Positions 9,679 to 20,076 of a stretch of DNA of 64,000 bases are shown piece after piece (within the stretch, counting starts at the first letter, position 1; every line of letters begins with the position of its first letter). The stretch spans positions 1,279,138 through 1,343,137 of the forward strand of contig CAVSJO010000006.1 in assembly GCA_963728445.1 (NCBI GenBank). Direction: 5' to 3'. Source of the stretch: an uncultured Gemmatimonadales bacterium. GTDB taxonomy: Bacteria > Gemmatimonadota > Gemmatimonadetes > Longimicrobiales > RSA9. A program made the position numbers and the translations under genes. The notes beneath the pieces were generated by a model. It had not been told where the DNA came from, searched no databases, and saw nothing but the letters and a program-made list of their open reading frames with translations.

Positions 9679-10004
9679 TGACGCTCGCCCTCCGCGTCGT
9701 CCTCCTCGCGTTCGCCATCGTGGCCTACGCCGGATCGGGCTCGTCCCTCGCCGTGATCCGTCACCGCCACCTTGCCGATGGCGACGTCGACTGGGGCATG
9801 GTCGGCGTGGCGACGCTGCTCCTCACCTTCGGCGCCCTCTGCACCGCGCTCGGAGTCGGGTGGAGCGGCGTGCTCGCGTTCGGTGGCGTCGCCCTCGGGG
9901 CCAGCTACGTCTTCATGGCCCAGCACATCGGCCTCTTCCGCGTCGACGCCGGCGCCGCCGGGGCGCGGCCTGATCCCGTGCGGGAGCCGCGACAGCACCG
10001 CTAG
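9675..10004 (+). CDS. Small integral membrane protein (3 TM), hypothetical
   Basis: ATGA overlap with the preceding gene; hydrophobic; GC3 bias. Confidence 0.5.
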   Translation: MMTLALRVVLLAFAIVAYAGSGSSLAVIRHRHLADGDVDWGMVGVATLLLTFGALCTALGVGWSGVLAFGGVALGASYVFMAQHIGLFRVDAGAAGARPDPVREPRQHR

Positions 10005-10011
10005 GATCGAC

Positions 10012-10446
10012 TCAGCCGTGGTCGGCGGGACCGAAGAAGATGGTCTCGTCGAACCGGTCGCCCTGGTACAGCTCCTCCCCGGCGTCATGGGCGCCCCGTC
10101 CACCGAACACCTCCTCCAGAGCGCCGAGCATCTCGATCTCCGCGGCCCTGTCCGGCGGCGGCTGCGGGACGTCCGGAAGCGCAGCCAGCGCAGCCGCATG
10201 GAGTCCCGGCAGCCACACCTGAGGGCCGCGGCTGTCGGCCCGCGCGTACCCGGACGGAATGCCGATTCGCCGCTCGTTCCGCAGCCCCACCACGATCCAG
10301 CGCACCACCCCCTCCTCGTCCGTGAGGAGCTCTTCGACCCGGCCCACCTCCTCGTCATCCATGAGGGTTCGCACGGGCCACCGAAGGGGGTCGATTTCCC
10401 GGGTGGCGGGTGACGCTTCCGATCCCTTGAGTGGGCGCAGGGGCAT
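10012..10446 (-). CDS. PRC-barrel domain protein
   Basis: The C-terminal 144 aa of the artefactual 1046-aa antisense ORF; VGRVEELLTDEEGVVRWIVVG..RIGIP pattern. Confidence 0.5.
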   Translation of the reverse strand: MPLRPLKGSEASPATREIDPLRWPVRTLMDDEEVGRVEELLTDEEGVVRWIVVGLRNERRIGIPSGYARADSRGPQVWLPGLHAAALAALPDVPQPPPDRAAEIEMLGALEEVFGGRGAHDAGEELYQGDRFDETIFFGPADHG

Positions 10447-10572
10447 GTCGACCTCTCGCGACCGGCCGCGCGGGGCGATCGGCACCTGGTGGACGAATCC
10501 TTCCCACAGGGCAAGAGGCGTTCCATCGGATGGCCATTGCCTGCGCGTCGCTCGCGCGCCCATGCTGCGGAC

Positions 10573-11682
10573 ATGATCCTCGTAGCACCTACCGCGTTCA
10601 AGGGAACGATCGGAGCCGTCGAGGCGGCGCGGGCCATGGCCGCGGGCGTCGCCGACGCGCTGCCGCATGAGGCCGTCGTCGTGATGCCGCTGGCTGACGG
10701 CGGGGACGGCCTGCTGGACGCCCTCACCGCCGCCGTGCACGGCCGAGTGGACGACGTCCCCATTCACGGTCCACTGGGCGAGGCTGCTCGCGGCCGCGTC
10801 CTGATCCGGGCGGGCGAGGCGGTGGTGGAGAGCGCCGATGCGTGCGGACTGCACCTCGTGGCGGTCTCGCGCCGCGACCCGCTGCGGACGGACACGGGCG
10901 GGGTCGGGGAGCTGATCCGGTCTGCGGCCGCGGCCGCCGGCACCGTCCGGGTCGGGCTGGGTGGTTCCGCGACGGTGGACGGGGGCGCCGGTATGGCGCG
11001 GGTGCTCGGATACCGCCTGCTCGACGTCGCCGGCCGGCCGCTCCCGCCGGGCGGCGGCGCCCTCGAGCGGCTGGCGCGCATCGAGGCGCCTGCGAGCGGC
11101 GGGACCGGCGGGCCCGGCGGGCCCGGCGGGGCACCTGCCGCCCGGGCGCGGCCGACGCGCATCGTCGCGCTGGTCGACGTGGACAATCCGCTGCTCGGGC
11201 CGAACGGCGCGGCGCGGGTGTACGGTCCCCAGAAGGGCGCGGACGCCGCGGCCGTCGAGATCCTCGAGCGGGGGCTCGCACGGCTGGCGGAGCGCTGGCG
11301 CGTGGATCTGGGGGTCGAGCCCGCGAACGAGCCGGGGGCAGGAGCGGCGGGCGGGTTGGGCGGGGGCATGGCGGCGTTCCTGGGCGCCGAGCTGATGTCC
11401 GGGGCCGAGTGGGTGCTGCGGGCGGTGGGCTTCGACGAGGCCCTCGCCCGGGCGCGGCGGGTGGTCACGGGCGAGGGCGCGTTCGACGCCCAGAGCGCCA
11501 TGGGCAAGGTGGTCGGCACCGTTCTGGAGCGGGCGCGGCGGGCGGGCGTGCCGGCGCTGCTGGTAGCGGGACGGATCGCCGCGGCGCCTGAAGGCGACGT
11601 CGCCCTGATCGATGGCGGCGGCGCGATCCTGGACGAGAGGGCGATCCGGGCGCGAGTGGCGGCCGCGCTGCGGGCGACGTGA
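10573..11682 (+). CDS. glxK: Glycerate kinase
   Basis: MILVAPTAFKGT N-terminus, GGSATVDGG, VTGEGAFDAQS motifs. Confidence 0.8.
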   Translation: MILVAPTAFKGTIGAVEAARAMAAGVADALPHEAVVVMPLADGGDGLLDALTAAVHGRVDDVPIHGPLGEAARGRVLIRAGEAVVESADACGLHLVAVSRRDPLRTDTGGVGELIRSAAAAAGTVRVGLGGSATVDGGAGMARVLGYRLLDVAGRPLPPGGGALERLARIEAPASGGTGGPGGPGGAPAARARPTRIVALVDVDNPLLGPNGAARVYGPQKGADAAAVEILERGLARLAERWRVDLGVEPANEPGAGAAGGLGGGMAAFLGAELMSGAEWVLRAVGFDEALARARRVVTGEGAFDAQSAMGKVVGTVLERARRAGVPALLVAGRIAAAPEGDVALIDGGGAILDERAIRARVAAALRAT

Positions 11683-11814
11683 GTGCCGGAGGGCGGGCGC
11701 CGCGGCGCCACCGGCGTCGGTCCGGATCTCGTTGCAGCCCCATGGACGCGCGGATACCTTGTGGGCGGACCCGCCGCGAGGGGCGGGGCAGGGGCGTGTG
11801 CAACGGGTGGAGAC

Positions 11815-13137
11815 ATGTCGAACGGCAGTGACCTCATGGAAAAGCTCGTCTCGCTGTGCAAGCGGCGCGGCTTCGTCTTCCAGTCCTCGGAGATCTACGG
11901 CGGGACCGGGTCGGTGTGGGACTACGGCCCGCTGGGCGTGGAGCTGAAGAACAACGTCAAGCGGGCGTGGTGGGGCGCGCTCGTGCACGCGCGGGACGAC
12001 GTGGAGGGTCTGGACGCGGCGATCCTGATGCACCCGCGCGTCTGGGAGGCGAGCGGTCACGTCGAGGGGTTCACGGATCCGCTCGTGGAATGCTCGAACT
12101 GCCACCGCCGCTTCCGGGCCGACAACGCCGACGTGCAGGACGGACAGTGCCCGGTCTGCGGCACGCGGGACGCGTTCGGCGCGGCGCGGCAGTTCAACCT
12201 CATGTTCCGGACGTTCATGGGGCCCGTCGAGGATGCGGCGTCCGTGGTCTACCTGCGCCCGGAAACGGCGCAGGGGATCTACGTCAACTTCCAGAACGTT
12301 CTCACGACGAGCCGGCAGAAGATCCCGTTCGGCATCGCCCAGATCGGCAAGGCGTTCCGGAACGAGATCACGCCGGGCAACTTCATCTTCAGGACCCGTG
12401 AGTTCGAGCAGATGGAGATGCAGTTCTTCGTGGAGCCGGGCACGGACGAGCAGTGGTTCGAGTACTGGAAGGACCAGCGGATGCAGTGGGTCCGGGGCCT
12501 CGGGATCCGTGAGGAGAAGCTGCGCTTCCACCGGCACGCTCCGGACGAGCTCGCCCACTACGCGAAGGACGCCTTCGACATCCAGTACGAGTTCCCCTTC
12601 GGATGGCAGGAGTTCGAGGGGATCCACAACCGCACGGACTTCGACCTGAAGCGGCACGCGGAGTACTCCGGCAAGCGCATGGAGTACATCGACCCGTACG
12701 ACAAGGAGAAGCGCTACATCCCGTACGTGGTGGAGACGTCGGCGGGTGCGGACCGGACCACGCTCGTCGTGCTGGCGGACGCGTACCGGGAGGAGGAGGT
12801 CGAAGGGGAGACGCGGGTCGTTCTCGGGCTTTCGCCGCGGCTCGCGCCCATCAAGGTGGCCGTCCTGCCGCTCGTGAAGAAGGACGGCATGCCGGAGATC
12901 GCGGAGCGCATCCACGCGGGCTTCAGGCAGGCGGGAGTGCCCTCCTTCTACGACGACAGCGGATCCATCGGAAAGCGCTACCGGCGACAGGATGAGGCGG
13001 GGACGCCGTTCGCCATCACCGTCGACGGGCAGACCACCGAAGACCAGACGGTAACCGTGCGGGACCGCGACACGCTGCGGCAGGAGCGCGTCGGCATCGA
13101 TTCCCTGGTCGAATACCTGAAGGAGCGCGTTGGATAG
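11815..13137 (+). CDS. glyQS: Glycine--tRNA ligase (dimeric class II)
   Basis: [37 protein letters not shown] motifs; 440 aa. Confidence 0.9.
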   Translation: MSNGSDLMEKLVSLCKRRGFVFQSSEIYGGTGSVWDYGPLGVELKNNVKRAWWGALVHARDDVEGLDAAILMHPRVWEASGHVEGFTDPLVECSNCHRRFRADNADVQDGQCPVCGTRDAFGAARQFNLMFRTFMGPVEDAASVVYLRPETAQGIYVNFQNVLTTSRQKIPFGIAQIGKAFRNEITPGNFIFRTREFEQMEMQFFVEPGTDEQWFEYWKDQRMQWVRGLGIREEKLRFHRHAPDELAHYAKDAFDIQYEFPFGWQEFEGIHNRTDFDLKRHAEYSGKRMEYIDPYDKEKRYIPYVVETSAGADRTTLVVLADAYREEEVEGETRVVLGLSPRLAPIKVAVLPLVKKDGMPEIAERIHAGFRQAGVPSFYDDSGSIGKRYRRQDEAGTPFAITVDGQTTEDQTVTVRDRDTLRQERVGIDSLVEYLKERVG

Positions 13138-13175
13138 ATCGCGCCAATCCATTCCCCGGAGCGCAGGATCGATCC

Positions 13176-14654
13176 ATGACCGAAGAGGGGCAGCGGGCCG
13201 GCACGTTCTCGAGTCGCTGGGGGATGATGGCGGCCATGCTCGGCATGGCCGTCGGAACGGGCAACATATGGCGATTCCCCCGCATCGTCGCCTCGAACGG
13301 CGGCGGCTCGTTCCTGATCCCCTGGGTCATCTTCCTGCTGATCTGGTCCGTTCCGCTGATCCTGGTGGAGTTCGCCCTGGGCAAGCACACCCGCTACGGA
13401 GCGGTGGGCGCGTTTTCCCGGCTGATCGGCCCGAAGTTCGCCTGGATGGGGGCGTGGGTCGCCTTCGTCGCCTCCGCCATCATGTTCTACTACGCGGTCG
13501 TGATGGGGTGGACGATCCGGTACTTCTACAGCGCCGTGATCGGCGAGCTGCCGGGCCCGGAGCCCGGGGTCGTCTGGGACGGGTTCGCCTACACGTGGCA
13601 CGTCCTGATCTTCCACGCCATCGCCATGGGCCTGGCCGTCTGGGTGGTGGCGAAGGGGGTGAAGGGCATCGAGAGCGCGGCCCGCTTCCTCATCCCCAGC
13701 CTGTTCGTTCTCGTCATCGCCCTGGCGATCCGTGCGGTGACGCTCCCCGGCGCCTCGAAGGGGCTCGAGTTCATGTTCGAGCCGCACCTGGCCGACCTCG
13801 GCAACTTCCGGATCTGGCTTGAGGCGCTGACCCAGAACGCGTGGGACACCGGCGCGGGGTGGGGGCTCGTGCTGACGTACGCCGTCTACCTGCGCCAGCG
13901 GGAGGACACGACGCTGAACGCCTTCATGCTGGGCTTCGGCAACAACTCGGTGTCTCTGCTCGCGGGCATCATGGTGCTGTGCACGATCTTCAGCACGATG
14001 CCCGACGCGGCCAGCCAGATCACCGGCGCGAGCAACGAGGGCCTCACGTTCATCTGGGTGCCCCAGCTGTTCGGCCGCATGCCTGCCGGCCGCTTCTTCA
14101 TGGCGCTGTTCTTCCTGGCCCTGTGCTTCGCCGCGTGGACGAGCCTGATCTCCATGATCGAGCTGGCCGCGCGGGTGCTCGAGGACGGCGGCATGACGCG
14201 CGCACGGGCCGTCACGTTCGTCGGCGTGTTCGGGTTTCTCCTGGGCGTGCCCTCCGCCCTCAACCAGAACGTGTTCCTGAACCAGGACTGGGTCTGGGGC
14301 GTGGGCCTCATGGTGTCCGGCCTGTTCTTCGCGTTCGCGGTGCTCAAGTACGGGGTGACCCGGTTCCGGACCGAGCTGGTCAACACGGAGCACTCCGACA
14401 TCCGCGTCGGCGCGTGGTGGGACTGGATCATCCGCCTCGTCGTCGTCGAGGCCGTCGTGCTCGTGGTCTGGTGGATCGGGCAGATGCACGGCGAGAAGAT
14501 GTTCTCTACCTACGGGATCGGCACCACCCTGCTGGAGTACGCCGTGGTGCTCGTGTTCTTCCTGCTGGCCAACCGGTGGATGGTCCGGAAGACGCATCCG
14601 GAGCTGGCCCGCGCGGACTCTCCCGAAGGGCATATGCCCGCGTCGATCCCCTAG
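13176..14654 (+). CDS. Sodium-dependent transporter, NSS/SNF family
   Basis: AMLGMAVGTGNIWRFP signature; about 12 TM segments. Confidence 0.9.
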   Translation: MTEEGQRAGTFSSRWGMMAAMLGMAVGTGNIWRFPRIVASNGGGSFLIPWVIFLLIWSVPLILVEFALGKHTRYGAVGAFSRLIGPKFAWMGAWVAFVASAIMFYYAVVMGWTIRYFYSAVIGELPGPEPGVVWDGFAYTWHVLIFHAIAMGLAVWVVAKGVKGIESAARFLIPSLFVLVIALAIRAVTLPGASKGLEFMFEPHLADLGNFRIWLEALTQNAWDTGAGWGLVLTYAVYLRQREDTTLNAFMLGFGNNSVSLLAGIMVLCTIFSTMPDAASQITGASNEGLTFIWVPQLFGRMPAGRFFMALFFLALCFAAWTSLISMIELAARVLEDGGMTRARAVTFVGVFGFLLGVPSALNQNVFLNQDWVWGVGLMVSGLFFAFAVLKYGVTRFRTELVNTEHSDIRVGAWWDWIIRLVVVEAVVLVVWWIGQMHGEKMFSTYGIGTTLLEYAVVLVFFLLANRWMVRKTHPELARADSPEGHMPASIP

Positions 14655-14704
14655 TCGTCGGCCGCCCGCGCCGGGCGGACGCCGGATCGCAGCACGAGTC
14701 GTCG

Positions 14705-15958
14705 ATGACCCGCGAAAGCCGCCCAGACCACGCACGTCGCCGCCGGCGCCGTGCCGCCGATGCGTCGAGCCGCGCCGTCGCCGGTGTGCGCCTCGCCGCC
14801 GCCTCGCTCGCGGCCGCCGCTCTCCTGGGTGCGTGCGCCGGGGCCGCCGAGCTGCCCCGGGCGCCGGAGCTGCCCGCGCCGGCGGCGGGCGCCGGTCCCG
14901 TCTACAGCATCCTCGTCGCCAACAGCGCGTCCGACGTCGTCTCGGAGGTCCGGTTCACCGCCGCCGCGGGCGCCACCGTCGCCCGGGACATTCCTGTCGG
15001 GGTCGAGCCGCAGGTGATCGAAGGCGTCCAGGGCCTGCGGGTCGCGCCCCGGGGCGGCCGCTGGTACGTCAGCCTCGTCCATGGAGAGCCGGTCGGGCGT
15101 GTCTGGAAGATGGACGCCGCGACGGACACGCTCCTCGGCGAGGCGGAGGTGGCGGACTTTCCCGGGGCGCTTTCCGTCAGCGCCGACGGACGCTTCGTCT
15201 TCGTCACGAACCGCAACCTGGCCGGCCCGCCGATCCCGTCCACCGTGTCCGTCGTCTACACGCCGACCATGACGGAAGTGGCCCACCCGACCGCCTGCGT
15301 CTATCCGACGGGGAACCGGCTCAACGTGTCGGGCTCGCGGGACTACACCGTTTGCACGCACAGCGACGAGCTCGTCGAGATCGACGCCCGTCGCTACCGG
15401 GTGACCGCCCGCGTGTCCCTCTCCCCGGGCCGGGAAGGGGCGATCTCCGGGAGCGACGCGGAGGGCGCGGCGCGCCACAATCCGCACGGGGTCGCCGGGG
15501 ACACGGCGAGCTGCGATCCCACGTGGGTCGAGCCGGGGCGGGGCGCGCGCGCCGACCGCTTCGTCTACGTGAGCTGCGAGCGGAGCGGGGACGTCCTCGA
15601 GATCGACATGCAAGCCCGCTCGCTCACTCGCCGTTTCGCAACGGGCGGCGGACCGGCCTGGGCGACGTCGTCGCCGGACGGGACGCTGCTCCTCGTCGCG
15701 CTGCCGCGGGCGGACGCCGTCGCGATCCTCGACCTCGAGGAGGGGCGGGAGGTTGCCCGTATCGAAACCTCTGCGGCGCATCCACACGGCATCGCCGTGT
15801 CGCCCGACGGCCGCTACGCGTTCGTCTCCAACGAAGGCGCCAGCAGCCGCGTCGGCACCGTCGACGTCATCGACCTCCAGACCCGACGGCGCGTCGCGAG
15901 CGCGCCCGTCCGATTCCAGCCGGGACCCATCGACTTCTGGAGGATGAGGGGCGGGTGA
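14705..15958 (+). CDS. Secreted YVTN-family beta-propeller repeat protein
   Basis: Signal/lipobox LLGAC; repeated SPDGR.xFV.N blades; start uncertain (ATG 14705). Confidence 0.65.
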   Translation: MTRESRPDHARRRRRRAADASSRAVAGVRLAAASLAAAALLGACAGAAELPRAPELPAPAAGAGPVYSILVANSASDVVSEVRFTAAAGATVARDIPVGVEPQVIEGVQGLRVAPRGGRWYVSLVHGEPVGRVWKMDAATDTLLGEAEVADFPGALSVSADGRFVFVTNRNLAGPPIPSTVSVVYTPTMTEVAHPTACVYPTGNRLNVSGSRDYTVCTHSDELVEIDARRYRVTARVSLSPGREGAISGSDAEGAARHNPHGVAGDTASCDPTWVEPGRGARADRFVYVSCERSGDVLEIDMQARSLTRRFATGGGPAWATSSPDGTLLLVALPRADAVAILDLEEGREVARIETSAAHPHGIAVSPDGRYAFVSNEGASSRVGTVDVIDLQTRRRVASAPVRFQPGPIDFWRMRGG

Positions 15959-16728
15959 AGATCCGCTCGTTCGAGACGGCAGCACGCCGCATGTGGCGGG
16001 ACATTCCGGCGGAGTACCGGGAAGGCGTCGACGGGCTCGTCGTCTCCGCCGCGGCGCTGCCCCACCCCCTGCACCCGGACGTCTACACCCTCGGTGAGTG
16101 CCTGACGGAGTCCTATCCGTCCGACTTCGGCGGCCCCGACACCATCCGATCCACCGTGGTGCTCTACCACGGCTCGTTCCGCCGCCTCGCTGCGCTCGAC
16201 CCGGAGTTCGACTGGGAGGACGAGCTGTGGGAGACCCTCACGCACGAGCTCCGGCACCACCTCGAGTGGCTGGCGGACGAGGACGCGCTGGAGGCCGCCG
16301 ACTACGCCGCGGAGGAGGACTTCAAGCGGCGGGACGGCGAGCCTTTCGATCCCCTCTTCTACAGAAGCGGCCTCGAGGTCGCGCAAGGGGTGTGGCGCAT
16401 CGAGACCGACTTCTTCCTCGAGCGGGAATGGAGCGCCGGAGAGCTCCGGCCCGGTGACCGCTGCACATTCACGTGGCACGGGGATCGCTTCGAGGTGCCA
16501 CTGCCGGCGCAGCTCGGCGACGCCTGCTTTCTCGACGTCGTGGCGGGCGTGGACGCGGGCCCGGGCGGACTCACCCTGGTGCTCGTCCGCAGGCGGGGTC
16601 TACTCGACTCCCTGCGGCGCCTGCTGTCCGGCGGGCCGGCGGACGTCCGGCAGGCGGAGGTCCGGGCGACGCCGGTCGACGATGACGCGGCGCCCTCCGG
16701 CGCCGCCGCCGATCCACCTCTATCTTGA
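15955..16728 (+). CDS. Hypothetical protein with HExxH motif (putative zinc hydrolase)
   Basis: GTG overlaps the upstream TGA (GTGA); an alternative ATG lies at 15991; motif LTHELRHHLEW; GC3 bias. Confidence 0.5.
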   Translation: MKIRSFETAARRMWRDIPAEYREGVDGLVVSAAALPHPLHPDVYTLGECLTESYPSDFGGPDTIRSTVVLYHGSFRRLAALDPEFDWEDELWETLTHELRHHLEWLADEDALEAADYAAEEDFKRRDGEPFDPLFYRSGLEVAQGVWRIETDFFLEREWSAGELRPGDRCTFTWHGDRFEVPLPAQLGDACFLDVVAGVDAGPGGLTLVLVRRRGLLDSLRRLLSGGPADVRQAEVRATPVDDDAAPSGAAADPPLS

Positions 16729-16732
16729 CGAC

Positions 16733-17560
16733 ATGGACCGCGAGATTCTCCGACTGACGCCCTACGAGCTGGCCCTCGGCGAGCCCGAGATGGAGGCCGA
16801 GCTGTTCCCGTCGATCCTCGACGAGGCCTCCAAGCGCGGCGTGGATGCACGGGACCCGGAGGCGTTCCCGCTCCTCGGCTCCGTGGGCGCCGTGCTGCGG
16901 GACCTCCTCGAAGGCGCCGGCGGGGAGGCGGGACCGCTCCTTCGCCAGGCGTCGCTGCTGCTGTACCATGGCTATCACTTTCGCACCGCCGGCTGCCCGG
17001 TGCTCCTCGTCGAGCGGCCCCTGGCCCGCTTCCTGGTCGAGAGCGCCGGCCCCTGCGAGAGCCCGGACGCGCCCCTCGATCCACCCGCTCCCGCCGGCTA
17101 CGTCCAGCTCCCGCGCCACCTCTTCTGGGCGCGCATCGAGGAGGACGCGTCGCCCGAGCCCGTGGACGGCTTCTTCTGGACCCTCGCCGGCGACGGCGCC
17201 GCACGCCGACTCGGCCTCCTCCTCGCCCTCGGGCTCCGCCCCGCTCGCCCCGGCTTCAGCATCGTCGAGGTCTGGGCGGACATGCCCGTGGGCGCTGCGC
17301 CCGGCTGGGCCGCCGAGAGCGTTCGCCCGGAGGGGAGCGACTTCGCCAACGTGCTGCCCGGCGGCGAGATCGAGGGGCTCTACGCCATCACCTCCCCGGC
17401 CGAGGCCCTCAAGCTCGCCGAGCTGGTCTTCCGCCACGCGGCGGCGCACCCGGGCGAGGAGGAGGCGCGCGGCGAGCCGACGGGGGACGTCGCAGGCGAG
17501 CACATGCTGCCGCCCAGCGCCCTCCCCTTCCGACGCCTGCGGCTCGCGGAGTCGACGTGA
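16733..17560 (+). CDS. Hypothetical protein, 275 aa
   Basis: ATG 5 nt after the upstream stop; GC3 bias; its stop overlaps the PolX GTG start. Confidence 0.5.
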   Translation: MDREILRLTPYELALGEPEMEAELFPSILDEASKRGVDARDPEAFPLLGSVGAVLRDLLEGAGGEAGPLLRQASLLLYHGYHFRTAGCPVLLVERPLARFLVESAGPCESPDAPLDPPAPAGYVQLPRHLFWARIEEDASPEPVDGFFWTLAGDGAARRLGLLLALGLRPARPGFSIVEVWADMPVGAAPGWAAESVRPEGSDFANVLPGGEIEGLYAITSPAEALKLAELVFRHAAAHPGEEEARGEPTGDVAGEHMLPPSALPFRRLRLAEST

Positions 17561-19347
17561 CCGACGGGCCCGACCGCCACGCCATCGCACTCGTGCTCGA
17601 CGAGATCGGCGTGCTCATGGAACTGCTGGGGGAGAACCGCTTCAAGGCCCGGGCATTCGCTTCCGCCGCCCGCGCCATGGACGCGCTGGAAGGCGACGTC
17701 GCCGCGCTCGCGCGCACGGGCGCGCTGCGGGACGTGCGGGGCTTCGGGCCGGCGACGGCGTCCGTCGCCCGGGAGATCGTGGAGACCGGCTGCTCCTCCC
17801 TGCACGCGGAGCTGCGCGCCCGCACGCCTTCCGGGCTCGTCGACATGCTGGCGGTCCCGGGCCTCGGCGCGACACGCATCCACACGCTCCACGCCGAGCT
17901 CGGCGTCGAGACGCTCGACGACCTCGCCGACGCGGCGGCCGCCGGGCGGATCGCGCAGGTGTCCGGATTCGGCGCCAGGACGCAGTCGAAGATCCTGGAG
18001 GGCGTCGCGTTCGTCCGCTCCACCGCCGGCCGACGCCGCCAGCCCCGGGCCTACGAGGCCGCCGCGCGGATCCTCGGGTGGCTGGACGAGAGCACCGACG
18101 CCGCCGTGAAGGTGGCCGGGGAGCTGCGCCGCCGGCTGGAGACCGTCGACGGCGTGGACCTCGTCGCCGGAGCCGAAGACGCCGGGGCGGTGCTCGCGTC
18201 GTTTCAGGCGCTGCCGGGCCTGGCGGCCAGGGACGGCGCGGCGGCGGACGGCGCGCCAGTGGACGGCGGGGCGGGGCGGGGTGCCGCTGCGGACGCTTCC
18301 GCCGCCCACGTACCCACGGCCGCAGGCCGGCTGGCGGACGGCATGGAGGTGCGGCTGAGCATCGGGGACCCGCCGGCGTTCGGCGCGCTCTGGATCGTCG
18401 CGACGGGGTCCGAGGCCCACGTCTCGGCGCTGCGGGAACGGGCGCGGGAGCGCGGGCTGCGCCTCCAGGCCGACGGACTCTTCCGCGGCGAGGAGCGGGT
18501 CGAGGGAGCGGACGAGGCGTCCGTGTACGAGGCCCTCGGGCTCCCGTGGATTCCGCCGGAGCTTCGGGAGGGCGACGTCGCCCCGTACGAGGCCGGCGTG
18601 CCGACGCTTCTCGAGTCGTCCGACCTGCGGGGCACGTTCCACTGCCACACCACCTGGAGCGACGGCAAGGCCACCGTCCGGGAGATGGCGGAAGGCGCCC
18701 TTGCCCGCGGCTGGCGCTACCTCGGAATCGCGGACCACTCGCCGAACGCGGCGTACGCCGGCGGGCTCTCCCCCGCCGACGTCGCACGGCAGCAGGACGA
18801 GATCGACGCGTGGAACGAAGAACGGGGCGGTGAATTGTGGCTCTTCAAGGGCACGGAAGCCGACATCCTCACCGACGGTACGCTGGACTACGCGGCGGAG
18901 GGCGACGTGCTCGAGCGCTTCGACTACGTCGTCGCGTCGGTGCACTCGAGCTTCGGCATCGGCCGGAAGAAGATGACGGCCCGCGTGCTGAAGGCCCTGG
19001 AGGACCCGCACCTCACGTTTCTCGGCCATCCGACGGGGCGGCTGCTGCTGTCCCGGGACGCGTACGAGATCGATATGGAGGCAGTCATCGCTCGGGCGGC
19101 GGAGCTCGGGCGGGGCATCGAGATCAACGCCGACCCCGCGCGGCTGGACATGGACTGGCGCCGCTGGCCGGCCGCCCGCGAAAGCGGGGTGAAGACCGCG
19201 ATCAACCCGGACGCCCATTCGGTGCGCGGGCTGGACAACGTCGAGTACGGCGTGGGAATGGCTAGGAAGGCGGGACTCGGGCCGGCGGACGTCGTGAATG
19301 CGTGGAAGCTGGAGGACGTGCGGAGATATCTGGGACTGCGGGAGTGA
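17557..19347 (+). CDS. PolX-family DNA polymerase / 3'-5' exonuclease with C-terminal PHP domain
   Basis: N-terminal helix-hairpin-helix and Pol beta-like core; PHP motifs (HCHTTWSDG, ADHSPNA, SVHSSF). Confidence 0.85.
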   Translation: MTDGPDRHAIALVLDEIGVLMELLGENRFKARAFASAARAMDALEGDVAALARTGALRDVRGFGPATASVAREIVETGCSSLHAELRARTPSGLVDMLAVPGLGATRIHTLHAELGVETLDDLADAAAAGRIAQVSGFGARTQSKILEGVAFVRSTAGRRRQPRAYEAAARILGWLDESTDAAVKVAGELRRRLETVDGVDLVAGAEDAGAVLASFQALPGLAARDGAAADGAPVDGGAGRGAAADASAAHVPTAAGRLADGMEVRLSIGDPPAFGALWIVATGSEAHVSALRERARERGLRLQADGLFRGEERVEGADEASVYEALGLPWIPPELREGDVAPYEAGVPTLLESSDLRGTFHCHTTWSDGKATVREMAEGALARGWRYLGIADHSPNAAYAGGLSPADVARQQDEIDAWNEERGGELWLFKGTEADILTDGTLDYAAEGDVLERFDYVVASVHSSFGIGRKKMTARVLKALEDPHLTFLGHPTGRLLLSRDAYEIDMEAVIARAAELGRGIEINADPARLDMDWRRWPAARESGVKTAINPDAHSVRGLDNVEYGVGMARKAGLGPADVVNAWKLEDVRRYLGLRE

Positions 19348-19350
19348 CGG

Positions 19351-19406
19351 CGGGAGAGAACTGCGGGAGAGAACTGCGGGAGAGAACTGCGGGAGAGAAC
19401 TGCGGG
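19351..19406. repeat. Tandem repeat, 13-bp unit CGGGAGAGAACTG x4 (reverse complement CAGTTCTCTCCCG), related to the 14-bp family
   Basis: Direct reading, between the PolX stop and the nth start. Confidence 0.85.
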
Positions 19407-19423
19407 TGACGGGGGGGATTTGA

Positions 19424-20074
19424 ATGGGGCGAGAGAGCAGGGTGAAGAAGCGGGAGCGGGTTGTCGAGATCCTCGAGCGGCTGCACGGGGAGTATCCGGA
19501 CGCGAGGTGCTCGCTGGATCATCGGAATCCGTACGAGCTGCTGGTGGCGACCATCCTCTCGGCGCAGTGCACGGACGAGCGGGTGAACATGGTCACTCCG
19601 GAGCTGTTCGAGCGCTACCCGGAGGCCGACGACCTGGCCGGCGCGAAGCGGGAGGACGTGGAGGAGCTGATCCGGTCCACGGGCTTCTTCCGCAACAAGA
19701 CGAAGAGCCTGCTCGGCATGGCGGGTGCGGTCGTGGACCGGCACGGCGGGAAAATCCCGCGGACGATGGACGAGCTGACGAAGCTGCCGGGCGTCGGGCG
19801 CAAGACGGCGAACGTCGTTCTCGGCAACGCGTTCGACACAAACGTCGGAGTGGTCGTCGACACGCACGTGAAGCGGCTGTCCAGGCGCCTGGGGCTGACG
19901 TCCCAGACGGACCCGGTCAAGATCGAGAAGGACCTCATGGACCTCGTGCCGAAGAACGAGTGGACCGACGTGTCGCACCTGCTGATCTTCCACGGCCGCT
20001 CCGTGTGCATCGCCCGCAATCCGAGGTGTGGCGAGTGCGTGCTGAGCGACCTGTGCCCCTCCAGCCGGGTCTGA
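19424..20074 (+). CDS. nth: Endonuclease III
   Basis: HhH-GPD motif LPGVGRKTANVVL; C-terminal Fe-S cluster CxxxxxxCxxC..C. Confidence 0.9.
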   Translation: MGRESRVKKRERVVEILERLHGEYPDARCSLDHRNPYELLVATILSAQCTDERVNMVTPELFERYPEADDLAGAKREDVEELIRSTGFFRNKTKSLLGMAGAVVDRHGGKIPRTMDELTKLPGVGRKTANVVLGNAFDTNVGVVVDTHVKRLSRRLGLTSQTDPVKIEKDLMDLVPKNEWTDVSHLLIFHGRSVCIARNPRCGECVLSDLCPSSRV

Positions 20075-20076
20075 GC

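Noticed and set aside
11683-11814. T-box or riboswitch leader upstream of glyQS
   Set aside because: There is no specifier-loop or T-box consensus (AATTAGGGTGGNACCGCG). The GC-rich leader has only generic hairpins.
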